Positions 51,607 through 61,186 of a stretch of 64,000 nt of DNA are shown one piece after another. This DNA is from Candidatus Sumerlaeota bacterium (GTDB lineage Bacteria; Sumerlaeota; Sumerlaeia; SLMS01; JAHLLQ01). The notes under the pieces are model-generated. The model was not told the DNA's origin, searched no databases, and saw only the letters and a list, made by a program, of their open reading frames with translations. Position 1 is the first letter of the stretch, and every line of letters starts with the position of its first letter. The translations under genes and the position numbers were made by a program. Location of the stretch: positions 1,416 to 65,415 of the forward strand of contig JAJFLJ010000083.1 of the NCBI GenBank assembly GCA_021772755.1. Direction: 5' to 3'.

Positions 51607-51780
51607 GGCGCGGTTCCGAGACATGATTGCGCGAGGTGGCGAGTGGATAAGGGGAGAGAGCGAGCAGGAAGGAAAAACCGGGTTCTTCTTCGCGAACCTT
51701 TGCGTGCTTGGCGCCTCTGCGTTTAGCTCTTTCTCTGCGACCTCCGCACCCTCAGCGCCTCTGCGTACCGCTTTTCCCTC

Positions 51781-51831
51781 CCGGAGCTCCCCTGAGAAGG
51801 ATTCAACGCAAAGACGCAGAGAATCGCAAAG
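51781..51831. repeat. 51-bp direct repeat core, right copy
   Basis: Matches 50559-50609 with 2 mismatches and 1 indel. The preceding 51680-51700 (cgcgaacctttgcg) is the inverse of 50600-50620 (cgcaaaggttcgcaaag). Confidence 0.6.
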
Positions 51832-51874
51832 AGCGCGTAGTGGACGAGCAGCGTGGCGTTGGCGTCTCGCCGAA

Positions 51875-52027
51875 GCATCGCGCGTCCGGAGCGGCTGACG
51901 TTCGCCTGGGCGGGGACGCCCAAGCCACCCTTCGCGCGCTTCGCGACTTCGCGTTGTGCTCATTCTCTGCGAGCTCTCGCCGTTCCTTTGCGCCTCTGCG
52001 TACCGCTTTTTCCGATCGCCGCTCCTC
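51875..52027. repeat. ~160-bp repeat, copy B (homologous to 35060-35215)
   Basis: Sits directly between the right 51-bp core and the 3' end of the PhzF gene. Confidence 0.6.
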
Positions 52028-52844
52028 ATGCAGTCTGCGCTGCGCTCTTCAGCGCGCCTTCCCAGACGGTGACGACCTGGCCGGCGACTTCGACGCGGTC
52101 GCCCCGCAGGCCCACGCGCACGATTCCGCCCCGGGTCGAAACCTGGTGGCCGGTCATGTCGCGTTTGCCGAGCCGCCCGGCCCAGTACGGCGCGAGCCCG
52201 CAATGGGCCGATCCGGTGACGGGGTCCTCGTCGATCCCGTCGGCTGGGGCGAAGAAGCGCGAAACGAAGTCGATGTCGGGGGAATCGGCGCGGGCGGTCA
52301 GCATGAAGTTGGTGCGGGAGAATCCTCCGGCGAGAAGCCGCCGAAAGTCGGGGGTCGCCTGGCGCACGTCGGTTTCGCTGGCGACTTCCGCGATGAGGTC
52401 GCGCCCGTTGGCTTCGAGCGCCGCGATGGCCGACACGCCGAGGGCCTCCGCCAAGCCCTCCTCCGGCGGGGCGGGGCGGGGGACCATCGCGGGAAAGTCC
52501 ATGACGATCCAGTCGCCGGAGCGGCGACAGGTCAGCGTCCCGCTGCGGGTCTCGAAGAGGGCCGGTTCCCCAGGCCCCAGCCGTCCGGTCTCCCAGAGGC
52601 GGTGGGCCGAGGCGAGAGTCGCGTGGCCGCAGAGGTCCACCTCGGTGGCGGGCGTGAACCACCGGAGGTGCCAGCGGCCGTCGGGCTGGGGCACGACGCA
52701 GGCGGTTTCGGAGAGATTCATCTCGGCGGCCAGGCTCTGAAGCCACCCGTCGGCGGGCCAGGATTCGAGGATGCAGACGGCGGCGGGATTGCCGGTGAAG
52801 GGCCGGGCGGCGAAGGCATCGACGACGGCGATGGCGGTGCTCAT
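52026..52844 (-). CDS. PhzF-family phenazine-biosynthesis-like isomerase
   Basis: MSTAIAVVDAFAARPFTGNPAAV N-terminus; catalytic-region matches (CGHATLA, GSAHC). 272 aa. Confidence 0.85.
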   Translation of the reverse strand: MSTAIAVVDAFAARPFTGNPAAVCILESWPADGWLQSLAAEMNLSETACVVPQPDGRWHLRWFTPATEVDLCGHATLASAHRLWETGRLGPGEPALFETRSGTLTCRRSGDWIVMDFPAMVPRPAPPEEGLAEALGVSAIAALEANGRDLIAEVASETDVRQATPDFRRLLAGGFSRTNFMLTARADSPDIDFVSRFFAPADGIDEDPVTGSAHCGLAPYWAGRLGKRDMTGHQVSTRGGIVRVGLRGDRVEVAGQVVTVWEGALKSAAQTA

Positions 52845-53122
52845 GGGGCGGGCCTTTGCAGGGAGGTGGGCCGCAGTGCGCGCCCTTGCGGGGCAACGCT
52901 CAAGGGCCAATCCACTGCTCGCGGAAAAAGTCCGCCGACTGCCCCCGGCGGGCGCCCGGAGGGGCCGGGGTGTTAGCAGTTGCGCACCCAGAGGGGGTAT
53001 GGATTGCTCCCGCAGGGAAACTCCCGGAGCTATCGTTACCGGGCCCCCGGCACTGGGTGGCCGGAATGCAGGAGCGGCGCCTTGGGCTCCGCCGTCAGAG
53101 CATACCAGGAAACCGCGCGACT

Positions 53123-54493
53123 ATGGCCGTGATCGTCGTCAAGCTTGGAGACAATGTCGTCCAACGCTACAGGATCGAGAAGGACGTCGTCTCCATCGGG
53201 CGGGCCCGCGACAACGATATCGTCGTGGAGAACCTCTCCGTCTCGCGCAACCACGCCCGAATCCGGCTGGAGAACTCCAGCTACGTCCTGACGGACCTGA
53301 ATTCGGCGAACGGCTGCTTCGTGAACGGGGTCAAGCTGACGAAGGCGGAGCTGGCCCACGACGACCTGATCTCCATCGGCAAGCACAAGCTGCACTTCGC
53401 GCTGGAGGACACCGACGCGCCGGGCTCCCCGGCCGCCGCGAGCGCCGCGCCGCCGGCCGCCTCCGGCCATGCCCCCGCCGCGCCGCCGGCCGGTTCCGTC
53501 GTGTCCGAGGGGGAGGTCGCGGTACTGATCGTGACCCGCGGCAAGCAGGCCAACGCGGTCTTCCAGATCGACAAGCCGGTAGTCACCATCGGCCGTTCCA
53601 ACGAGAACGATATCCGGCTGTACGACTGGCACGTTTCGAAGTGCCACGCGGCGATCTACCGCGAAGACGACAGATTTCGCCTGAAGGACCTCGGCTCCTG
53701 GCGCGGATCGACGGTCAATAACGTCGCGACCTCCGAGATTCTTCTGACCGAAGACGACGAGATCATCTTCGGCACCACCGTCATGACGTTCAAGATCGGA
53801 CCGGCCGGCTCCTTCGCGGAGCAGGCGACGATGGATTCCGAGAACATTCGCTTCGACACGGATTTCGCCGAGGGCCAGACCGGCATGGAAGACGGCGAAG
53901 TGCCGGACTCCGCGAGCGTGCCGCTCGCATCGGAGACACCCGGAGGCGACGCCATTCTGCCGGATTCGCCGGACGATTCCTTCGACGTGGCGACGGACGA
54001 CGAATTCGCGCCGATGACCGACGAGGAGCTCGAAGCGCTCGAACAGGAGGACGGCGAGGCCTACGACGTCGATCCCGAGCTCGCCCGCCAGGCGGAGTTC
54101 GAGCAGATGGAAGCCGACAAGCTGCTCGCCGAGGGCGGCGGATGGGAATCCATGCCGGGCGGTCTGGTGGACGCGAAGGCGGAAGACGCGGCTGCGGACG
54201 GCGGAATCGAACTCGCGGAGGACGTGCATTCCGAGGAAGACGACGATTCCGGGGCGGTCGACGAAGAGGAAGAGCAGGCGCTGTTCGGAGGGCCGGTGAC
54301 GGATTCGGAGGCGGGAGTCGCGTCGGGAACCGCCGCGGCGGAACCCCAGGTCCCGGAAGGTGTTGACCCCGAGCAGGTGCGAATCTGGACTCGCGCACTG
54401 CGCAACCGCAGCAAGGTGGTGCGCCGCGAAGCGGCGCGGAAACTCAAGGAACTCACCGGTATGGAATATGACTGGGAATCAGAACCAGAGTAG
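53123..54493 (+). CDS. Tandem-FHA-domain protein with an acidic C-terminal tail
   Basis: Two FHA cores (VSIGRARDNDIVVENLSVSRNHARI...ANGCFVNG and VTIGRSNENDIRLYDWHVSKCHAAI...GSTVNN), then a ~170-aa D/E-rich low-complexity region. Confidence 0.85.
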   Translation: MAVIVVKLGDNVVQRYRIEKDVVSIGRARDNDIVVENLSVSRNHARIRLENSSYVLTDLNSANGCFVNGVKLTKAELAHDDLISIGKHKLHFALEDTDAPGSPAAASAAPPAASGHAPAAPPAGSVVSEGEVAVLIVTRGKQANAVFQIDKPVVTIGRSNENDIRLYDWHVSKCHAAIYREDDRFRLKDLGSWRGSTVNNVATSEILLTEDDEIIFGTTVMTFKIGPAGSFAEQATMDSENIRFDTDFAEGQTGMEDGEVPDSASVPLASETPGGDAILPDSPDDSFDVATDDEFAPMTDEELEALEQEDGEAYDVDPELARQAEFEQMEADKLLAEGGGWESMPGGLVDAKAEDAAADGGIELAEDVHSEEDDDSGAVDEEEEQALFGGPVTDSEAGVASGTAAAEPQVPEGVDPEQVRIWTRALRNRSKVVRREAARKLKELTGMEYDWESEPE

Positions 54494-55244
54494 CACGCTG
54501 ACATCGTCCGCGAAACGCATCGGAATCCTGTCGGACATCCACGGGAACTTCCATGCGATGGAGGCGGTGCTGGAGGCTCTCGACGGCGAGAACGTGGACA
54601 TGATGGTCTGCTGCGGCGACGTGGTGGGCTACGGCGCACGGCCGAACGAGTGCGTCGAGGCCGTCCGCGAGCGCGGGATTCCCGTCATCGCCGGCAACCA
54701 CGACCACGCGTGTCTTCTGCTGACCGACATCACGAACTTCAACGACATCGCGAAGGCCGCCGTGATCTGGACGAAGGAGGTCCTCACAGAGGACAACATC
54801 TCCTTCCTGCGCAACATGCCGCTGACGATCAAGGACGAGGCCAACAACCTGTTCTACGTCCATGCGTCGCCCAAGGACCCGGGCGAGTGGAACTACATCC
54901 TCACCATGGGCGAGGCCCGCACGAACTTCAACTACTACACCGAGCAGATCTGCTTCATCGGCCACAGCCACCAGCCCTTCATCATCGAGAACGAGTCGGG
55001 CAACCTGGCGTGCCCCTCGAAGCCGGAGATCGACATCCGGCCCAACCGCCGCTACCTCGTCAACGTCGGCTCCGTGGGCCAGCCCCGCGACCACAACCCC
55101 GACGCGTGCTACGTGATCTGCGACCTGGAGGCGAACCGGCTGGAGATCAAGCGCCTGAAATACGACATCCAGGCCGCCCAGAAGGCCATCATCGACGCGG
55201 GCCTCCCCCGCGAACTCGCCGAGCGCCTCGCTCACGGGATGTGA
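54468..55244 (+). CDS. Calcineurin-like metallophosphoesterase (MPP superfamily, YfcE/MJ0936-like)
   Basis: ILSDIHGN, CCGDVVGYG, AGNHD and GHSHQ metal-ligand motifs. Its first 26 nt overlap the FHA gene's 3' end. Confidence 0.8.
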   Translation: MTGNQNQSSTLTSSAKRIGILSDIHGNFHAMEAVLEALDGENVDMMVCCGDVVGYGARPNECVEAVRERGIPVIAGNHDHACLLLTDITNFNDIAKAAVIWTKEVLTEDNISFLRNMPLTIKDEANNLFYVHASPKDPGEWNYILTMGEARTNFNYYTEQICFIGHSHQPFIIENESGNLACPSKPEIDIRPNRRYLVNVGSVGQPRDHNPDACYVICDLEANRLEIKRLKYDIQAAQKAIIDAGLPRELAERLAHGM

Positions 55245-55273
55245 ACCCCACCGACAGCGACGATCGCCGCCAC

Positions 55274-56407
55274 ATGACCCGCGCGCTGGAGCTCGCGCGC
55301 AGGGCGGAGGGGCGCACGCGTCCGAATCCGCTGGTGGGTTGCGTGGTCGTTCGCGACGGACGCGTCGTCGGCGAGGGCTTTCACGCGCAGGCCGGCGGTC
55401 CGCACGCCGAGCGCGAGGCGCTCGCATCGTGTTCCGAAGACCCGCGCGGCGCCACGATGTACGTCACGCTCGAACCGTGCAGTCACACCGGTCGCACGCC
55501 GCCATGCGCGGACGCCGTGATCGGGTCAGGCGTGGCGCGGCTCGTCATCGCGCAACGCGACCCGAACCCCCAGGCCGGCGGCGGCATCGAGCGAATCCGC
55601 GCGGCCGGCATTCAGGTCGAAACGGACGTGTGCGCGGAAGAGACGATGCTTCTCAACCCGGCGTTCAACACGTATCATATGCTGGGAAGGCCGCTGGTCA
55701 CGCTGAAGTGGGCGGCGAGCGCCGACGGCTGCACGTCCTGCGAGGGCGGCGATTCGCGGTGGATCAGCGACGCGTCGTCGCGCCGCCGCGTTCACGAGAT
55801 GCGCGCGCGCGCGGACGCGGTTCTCGTCGGGATCGAAACGGCGTTGCGGGACGATGCGAAGCTGACCGTTCGCGATGCGGAAGTCCCGCCCGGCCCGAAG
55901 CTCAGACGCATGGTTCTCGACGCGGAGCTTCGTCTGCCGCCGGATCATCCGCTGGTCGTCGCGGACCCCGAAACGGCGGTCGTGTGGTGCACGGAGGACG
56001 CGTCGCCGGAGCGCGAAGCGGCGCTTGCGAACGCCGGCGCGACGGTTCGGCGGATTCGCCGGCGCGAACGCGGGGGCGTGTCCGTCGCGGAACTTGTCGC
56101 TGCGCTGCACGGCGAGGGCGTTCAGTCGCTGCTCGTCGAAGGCGGCCGCCGCGTCGCCGGTTCGTTCCTGGCGGAAGGACTCGCGGACCGCGTGGCCGTC
56201 ATCACGTCACCGGTGCTGATCGGTTCGGGCGGGAACGCCCTCTCGGCGCTGGTCGTCCGGGAACCGGTCACGCGCATGGATCGGGCGGTTCGCCTTCACC
56301 ATACGCGTGTCGAAACCATCGGGGACGATGTGCTGCTGGAGGGATGGCTGACGGGCCATCTGTTCGGGGCGGCGGATCAGCCCGGAGCCTGCATCGTCGG
56401 GCCATAG
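55274..56407 (+). CDS. ribD: Bifunctional riboflavin biosynthesis deaminase/reductase
   Basis: Deaminase zinc motifs HAEREAL...LEPCSHTGRTPPC, then a reductase domain. An alternative GTG start at 55241 overlaps the upstream stop (GTGA). Confidence 0.9.
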   Translation: MTRALELARRAEGRTRPNPLVGCVVVRDGRVVGEGFHAQAGGPHAEREALASCSEDPRGATMYVTLEPCSHTGRTPPCADAVIGSGVARLVIAQRDPNPQAGGGIERIRAAGIQVETDVCAEETMLLNPAFNTYHMLGRPLVTLKWAASADGCTSCEGGDSRWISDASSRRRVHEMRARADAVLVGIETALRDDAKLTVRDAEVPPGPKLRRMVLDAELRLPPDHPLVVADPETAVVWCTEDASPEREAALANAGATVRRIRRRERGGVSVAELVAALHGEGVQSLLVEGGRRVAGSFLAEGLADRVAVITSPVLIGSGGNALSALVVREPVTRMDRAVRLHHTRVETIGDDVLLEGWLTGHLFGAADQPGACIVGP

Positions 56408-56829
56408 AGGTAGTCTTGCAGCATTCGAATCTCCACCTGGCTTTCGCGCGACGAGTTCGCCATGATGTCGCCCTGCGTCAGGATGCCGACGAGGTTTCCC
56501 TCCTCGACGACGGGAAGATGGCGGATGCGCTGCTGCGTCATGACGGTCTGGCAGTCGAGCAGCGGGTCGTCGGGTTTGCAGACGAGACAGGGCGTCGTCA
56601 TGACCTCGCCTACGGTGGTCGTCTTCGGATCGCGGAGTTCCGCCACCACGCGCGTCATCACGTCGCGTTCGGTGAAGATCCCCACGACACGTTCGCCGTT
56701 GAGAACGACGAGCGATCCGATGCGGCGCTGGTTCATCAGACACGCCGCGTTGAGAACGGAATCCTTGTGGCCGACGGACGCGACCTCGCGCCCGGCATGT
56801 CTCTGGAGAGCGTCGCGAACAGTGCTCAT
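56377..56829 (-). CDS. CBS-domain pair protein
   Basis: Two CBS motifs (VVLNGERVVGIFTERDV; VVEEGNLVGILTQGDI). Its 3' end overlaps ribD by about 30 bp, convergently. Confidence 0.75.
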   Translation of the reverse strand: MSTVRDALQRHAGREVASVGHKDSVLNAACLMNQRRIGSLVVLNGERVVGIFTERDVMTRVVAELRDPKTTTVGEVMTTPCLVCKPDDPLLDCQTVMTQQRIRHLPVVEEGNLVGILTQGDIMANSSRESQVEIRMLQDYLYGPTMQAPG

Positions 56830-57014
56830 GGGGTGCTCCTTTCGGGGAGGAAGTCCACACACCTGTCATGGTTGGGATCGTCGGCGCTTTCCGGCAAGAC
56901 GAATCTCGCCATTGGCGGCGCCGGGAGTGGTTTTTCGTGACTTACCGCGAACCGAAACCGGTTTCCGATCTGAGAATTATTTCACAATCTCCAGACTGCC
57001 GCGCCTTGTTCGTC

Positions 57015-57668
57015 ATGGCCACCGACACGGACGTCGGCAAGACGGTCGTGTCCCGCGCGCTGATTCGCGCATGGCGCGCCGACGGACAGCGCGTTTGCGC
57101 GATAAAGCCGGTTTCGACGGGATGCAGGCGCACGCGCGGCGGATGGAGCGGCGGCGACGCGCCGTCGCTGCACGAAGCCGCCGACGACGAATGCGATGCG
57201 TTGTTGCTGCGCCATGGCATCCGTCCCGGCGAAGCGATGGTCTCCTTTCGCAACCCGATGGGTCCGGTGAGCGCGGCGCGCGCCGAGGGCCGGCGCATCC
57301 CGACGGCTTCCATCGGGCGCAGGCTTCGCAAACTCGCCGACGACTGCGAGCGCCACGACGTTCGCCTGGTGATCGAGGGCGTCGGCGGGCCGATGGTGCC
57401 GCTGGGTGCACGGACGACGTTCGCCGATCTGGCCGCGCGCACGGAACTTCCCTGCGTTCTGGCGACTCGAACGACGCTGGGGACGATCAGCCAAACGCTG
57501 ATGGCGGCGGAATGCCTGGCGACCCGCGGCATTCGCATCGCCGCCATCGTCGCCAGCCGCGACCGCCCCGGCCCCCTGACGGCGGTGGAGCGGGCGGGCC
57601 TTCGGGAGATCGACGAGAACACGCCAGGGATTCCTCTCGTCGTTCTTCGCCACCTGCGAAGCCCCTGA
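57015..57668 (+). CDS. bioD: Dethiobiotin synthetase
   Basis: N-terminal P-loop ALFVMATDTDVGKTVVSRAL plus an EGVGG motif. Start uncertain; the ORF is open from 56868. Confidence 0.75.
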   Translation: MATDTDVGKTVVSRALIRAWRADGQRVCAIKPVSTGCRRTRGGWSGGDAPSLHEAADDECDALLLRHGIRPGEAMVSFRNPMGPVSAARAEGRRIPTASIGRRLRKLADDCERHDVRLVIEGVGGPMVPLGARTTFADLAARTELPCVLATRTTLGTISQTLMAAECLATRGIRIAAIVASRDRPGPLTAVERAGLREIDENTPGIPLVVLRHLRSP

Positions 57669-57751
57669 CGTCAGCGGCGCCCAATCCGCTCTTGCGCTGG
57701 ATCGGAGGCGGCGCCGACTCTCCCCCTCTCCGGGCGGCCGGTGTTCCGACT

Positions 57752-58573
57752 ATGAAACAACGCATCATCGTGGCCACGCTTCTGCTGGCGATCGTCCTGC
57801 CGGGATTCCTGTTCCCGCCGCTGATGTTCCTGTCCGTCGGCTTCCTCGTCGCTCTGGGACTCGCGGCGGTTCATGAACTCGCGACGATGTTTCGCCCGCA
57901 TGGGACGCACGTCGCCCGACGGGTGGCGGGCGCGACGCTCGTCGTGCTCGTCCTTGCGGCGCTTCGCGGCCGCTCCGATCTGTTCGGTCTGCTGCTGGGG
58001 CTCTCCGTGTGCGCGGCGTTTCTCTGGCGCATGACGCGCGACGACATCGCGAACGCGTGGACGGACGTCGCCGCGACGGTCGGCGCCGGCGTCTACATCG
58101 GTCTTCCCACGGCGCTGCTGGCGGGTCTGTTCGTCGGCAGCGGCGAGTCCCGCCTCTGGCTGCTGCTGTTGCTGCTGGTCGTCTGGTCGACCGACAGCAT
58201 CGCCTACTTCTCCGGCAAGACCTTCGGAACGGCGAAGATCTTTCCGCGTCTCAGTCCCGGCAAGACGTGGGAGGGCTGTCTCGGCGGCGTGGCCGGTTCG
58301 ATGCTGCCGGCGCCGGTGCTGCTGGCGCTCTTTCCATCGGTCTTCGGCGGCGTTGCCGCGTTCGAACTCGTTCTCGTCTGTCTTGTGACGGGACTGTTCG
58401 TGCAGGCCGGCGATCTGGCGGAGTCGCTGCTCAAGCGCGCCGCCGGCGTGAAGGACAGCGGAACCCTTCTCGCCTCCCACGGCGGCGCGCTCGACCGTCT
58501 CGACTCGCTTCTCTTCGCCGCCATTCCCTTCTGCCTCTACCTGCAGACCGCGCGTCCCGCGGCGTTCCTCTGA
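57752..58573 (+). CDS. cdsA: Phosphatidate cytidylyltransferase
   Basis: Eight TM helices and the C-terminal signature SLLKRAAGVKDSGTLLASHGGALDRLDSLLF. Confidence 0.85.
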   Translation: MKQRIIVATLLLAIVLPGFLFPPLMFLSVGFLVALGLAAVHELATMFRPHGTHVARRVAGATLVVLVLAALRGRSDLFGLLLGLSVCAAFLWRMTRDDIANAWTDVAATVGAGVYIGLPTALLAGLFVGSGESRLWLLLLLLVVWSTDSIAYFSGKTFGTAKIFPRLSPGKTWEGCLGGVAGSMLPAPVLLALFPSVFGGVAAFELVLVCLVTGLFVQAGDLAESLLKRAAGVKDSGTLLASHGGALDRLDSLLFAAIPFCLYLQTARPAAFL

Positions 58574-58576
58574 CCC

Positions 58577-59653
58577 ATGACCACGAAAAAGAAAATCACG
58601 ACGGCCGTCGCCGCGATCGTCAGCATCGCGTTCCTGATCCTGATCTTCCGGAGCATCGACTTCGCCGCGCTCGTCCGCTCCTTCAAGAGCATCGAGTGGA
58701 TCTGGCTGCTGCCCTTCACGCTGATGACATGGCTCGTGTTCTACTGGCGCGCGATCCGGTGGAAGCTGCTGCTGCTTCCGTCGAAGGAACTGACCGTCTG
58801 GCAGTGCTTCGGCCCGACGATGGTGGGCTTCGGGTTCAACTCGATCCTGCCGGCGCGGGCCGGCGAGTTCGCCCGGCCTCTCGCGCTGGGCAAGTCCTGC
58901 GGCGTTCCCTACGGCACGGGGCTCTCGACGGTCGTCGTCGAGCGCATCCTCGACGCGCTGATGCTGGTGGGTCTCTTCGCGCTGCTCCCCTTCTTCTTCG
59001 AGTTCCAGGGCGATTTCCAGTACGAGTTCAAGGGCATCGTCATCACGCCCGACCTGTTGACGCGGCTCGCGCGCAAGACGTCCTACCTGGTCGCGGTGCT
59101 CTTCGCGGGTTCCGTGGCGATGCTCTCGATTCGCTTCCAGCGGTTCGTGCTTCGGATCGTGAACGCGATGCCGCTGATTCCGCGCGGCATCCGCCAGAAG
59201 CTCAACGACCTCTTTCTCTCGGCGGCCGAGGGCTTTCTCGCGCTGCGCAATCCCAGACTGCTCGTCTTGATTCTGATCCACACCGTCGGTATCTGGTGGC
59301 TGAACGCGGCGTCCTTCCAGGTGATGAGCTTCGGCGTGCCCGGCGCGCAGCTCACCGTCGCACAGTCCTTCGTCTTCCTCGTCGTGACGGCGATGCTCGT
59401 CGCGCTGCCTTCGGTGCCGGGCTACTGGGGCCTGTACGAAGTCGGCGGATGGATGGCGCTGGTGCTCTGCGGAATCGTGGACAACACGCCGGAAGGCTAC
59501 AGCCTCGCGCTCTCCCTCACGCTCGTCGTGCACTTCGTGCAGTGGATTCTTCCGACGGCCATTGGGCTGTACTATGCCGGACGCATCCACGTCTCCGTCA
59601 GCGAGACGGAAGCGGCGGCGGCGAAGGACGTTCCGCCCGTCACTTCCCCCTGA
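58577..59653 (+). CDS. UPF0104 / lysylphosphatidylglycerol-synthase-TM-region-like membrane protein (flippase-like)
   Basis: LPARAGEFARP motif and about eight TM helices, typical of this family. Directly downstream of cdsA. Confidence 0.7.
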   Translation: MTTKKKITTAVAAIVSIAFLILIFRSIDFAALVRSFKSIEWIWLLPFTLMTWLVFYWRAIRWKLLLLPSKELTVWQCFGPTMVGFGFNSILPARAGEFARPLALGKSCGVPYGTGLSTVVVERILDALMLVGLFALLPFFFEFQGDFQYEFKGIVITPDLLTRLARKTSYLVAVLFAGSVAMLSIRFQRFVLRIVNAMPLIPRGIRQKLNDLFLSAAEGFLALRNPRLLVLILIHTVGIWWLNAASFQVMSFGVPGAQLTVAQSFVFLVVTAMLVALPSVPGYWGLYEVGGWMALVLCGIVDNTPEGYSLALSLTLVVHFVQWILPTAIGLYYAGRIHVSVSETEAAAAKDVPPVTSP

Positions 59654-61076
59654 TGGCGTCGAACGCGGCGAGCGCTTCGGCGCGCGCCTCCTTGTGATCG
59701 ACGACCGGCCCCGGATACGTCTCCCCCAGCGAGACGCCCGCGTCCTTCAACGCCGCGCGCGGCGCTTCCCACGGCGCGAAGAGCCACTTGACCGGCAGGC
59801 GCCCCAGTTCCGGCACCCACTTGCGCACGTAGTCCCCCTTCGGATCGAACTTCGCCCCCTGGAGCATCGGGTTAAAGATGCGAAAGTACGGCGCCGCGTC
59901 CGCGCCGCATCCCGCCGACCACTGCCAGCCCATCGTGTTGCTGGCGAGGTCCGCGTCCACCAGCGTGTCCCAGAACCACCGCGCTCCGCGAAGCCAGTGC
60001 AGCCGCAGGTGCTTGACGAGGAACGACGCGACGATCATCCGCACGCGGTTGTGCATCCATCCCGTCGCCCAGAGCTCGCGCATGCCGGCATCGACGATGG
60101 GGTATCCCGTTCTCCCCCGCTGCCACGCGCGCAGCAGCGCGTCGTCGGTTCGCCACGGAAAATCCAGGAACGTTTCGCGCAGCGGGTTCTCCGTAGTGTG
60201 CGGAAAGTGGAAGAGAAGATGGTGGCCGAACTCGCGCCATCCGATTTCGGCGAGGAAGGTCTGCGCCCCGGACTTCGACTTCGCGGCATCGTCGCGGCGT
60301 CGTGTCTCGTGCCAGACCTGGCGGGGCGTAATCTCGCCGAAGTGCAGATGGGGCGAGAGTCGCGAGGTTCCCGCCATGTCGGGCCGGTCGCGGTCCTCGT
60401 CATAGCCGGCAACGGCGTTCTTCAGAAACGCGCGGAGGTTCGCGTGCGCGCCCTTCTCGCCCGGCGACCAGGCGTCGGCGAATCCGCGATACCAGGGAAT
60501 CGCCGGCAGCAGAGCGAGATCGCGGAGCGGCAAGGATTCCGGCCACGCTTCCGGAGCGGGAATGCGGCGCGGCGCCGGCAGCGGTTCCGGCGGTTCGAAC
60601 TCGCGCGTGCAGTGTCTCCAGTAGGGCGTGAAGACCTGGAACGTTCCGCCGCTCTTCTTCTCGATGGCCCACGGTTCGAAGAGGAGCGCGCCGTTGAACG
60701 AAGCCGCTTCGGTGCCGTCGGTCTTCAGTGCGACGGCGACGGCTTCGTCGCGGGCGAGCCCCGCCGGTTCATACAGCCGGTTCCAGAAGACTGCACCCGC
60801 ACCGGTCTCGCGGACGAGCGCGCGGAGACACTCCGGCGAGTCGCCCGTGCGAACGATCAGACGCGATCCGCGATTCCGCAGTGCCGCGTCGAGTTCCGCC
60901 AGCGACCGGTCCAACCACCATCGCGACGCGCCGCCGGGTTGCCAGGGTTCCTCTTCGCGGGGCGCGTGAACGTAGACGGGAACGACGGGTCCGCCGCGCG
61001 CGACGGCTTCGCGCAGCGCCGCATTGTCGGCGATGCGCAGGTCGCGCCGAAACCAGACGATGGAGGGAGAGGGCAT
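59640..61076 (-). CDS. phr: Deoxyribodipyrimidine photolyase / cryptochrome family
   Basis: N-terminal alpha/beta domain (IVWFRRDLRIADNAAL), FAD-binding TSRLSPHLHFGEI, WREF, and C-terminal GWMHNRVRMIVASFL...WQW. Confidence 0.9.
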   Translation of the reverse strand: MPSPSIVWFRRDLRIADNAALREAVARGGPVVPVYVHAPREEEPWQPGGASRWWLDRSLAELDAALRNRGSRLIVRTGDSPECLRALVRETGAGAVFWNRLYEPAGLARDEAVAVALKTDGTEAASFNGALLFEPWAIEKKSGGTFQVFTPYWRHCTREFEPPEPLPAPRRIPAPEAWPESLPLRDLALLPAIPWYRGFADAWSPGEKGAHANLRAFLKNAVAGYDEDRDRPDMAGTSRLSPHLHFGEITPRQVWHETRRRDDAAKSKSGAQTFLAEIGWREFGHHLLFHFPHTTENPLRETFLDFPWRTDDALLRAWQRGRTGYPIVDAGMRELWATGWMHNRVRMIVASFLVKHLRLHWLRGARWFWDTLVDADLASNTMGWQWSAGCGADAAPYFRIFNPMLQGAKFDPKGDYVRKWVPELGRLPVKWLFAPWEAPRAALKDAGVSLGETYPGPVVDHKEARAEALAAFDAIRGK

Positions 61077-61120
61077 GACCCGCGATGTGCAAATCATGTG
61101 CCGCGCGGTCTTCGGGCGGG

Positions 61121-61158
61121 CGAAAAAGGAACGGGCCCGGAATCCTCCGGGCCCGTTC
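61121..61158 (-). terminator. Intrinsic terminator for the secreted-protein gene (minus strand)
   Basis: 12-bp GC stem gaacgggcccgg/ccgggcccgttc with a 6-nt loop, followed on the minus strand by CUUUUUC. 29 nt beyond the stop codon. Confidence 0.45.
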
Positions 61159-61186
61159 GGGAACAGCGATTCGAGCGGTCGTGCGA

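Noticed and set aside
51708-52976. 422-aa plus-strand ORF and 66-aa ORF (51723-51923) across the repeat cluster and antisense to the PhzF gene
   Set aside because: Composed of repeat-encoded and antisense sequence. The 66-aa ORF merely re-encodes the ...AQANVSRSGRAMLRR peptide, which is part of the 160-bp repeat.
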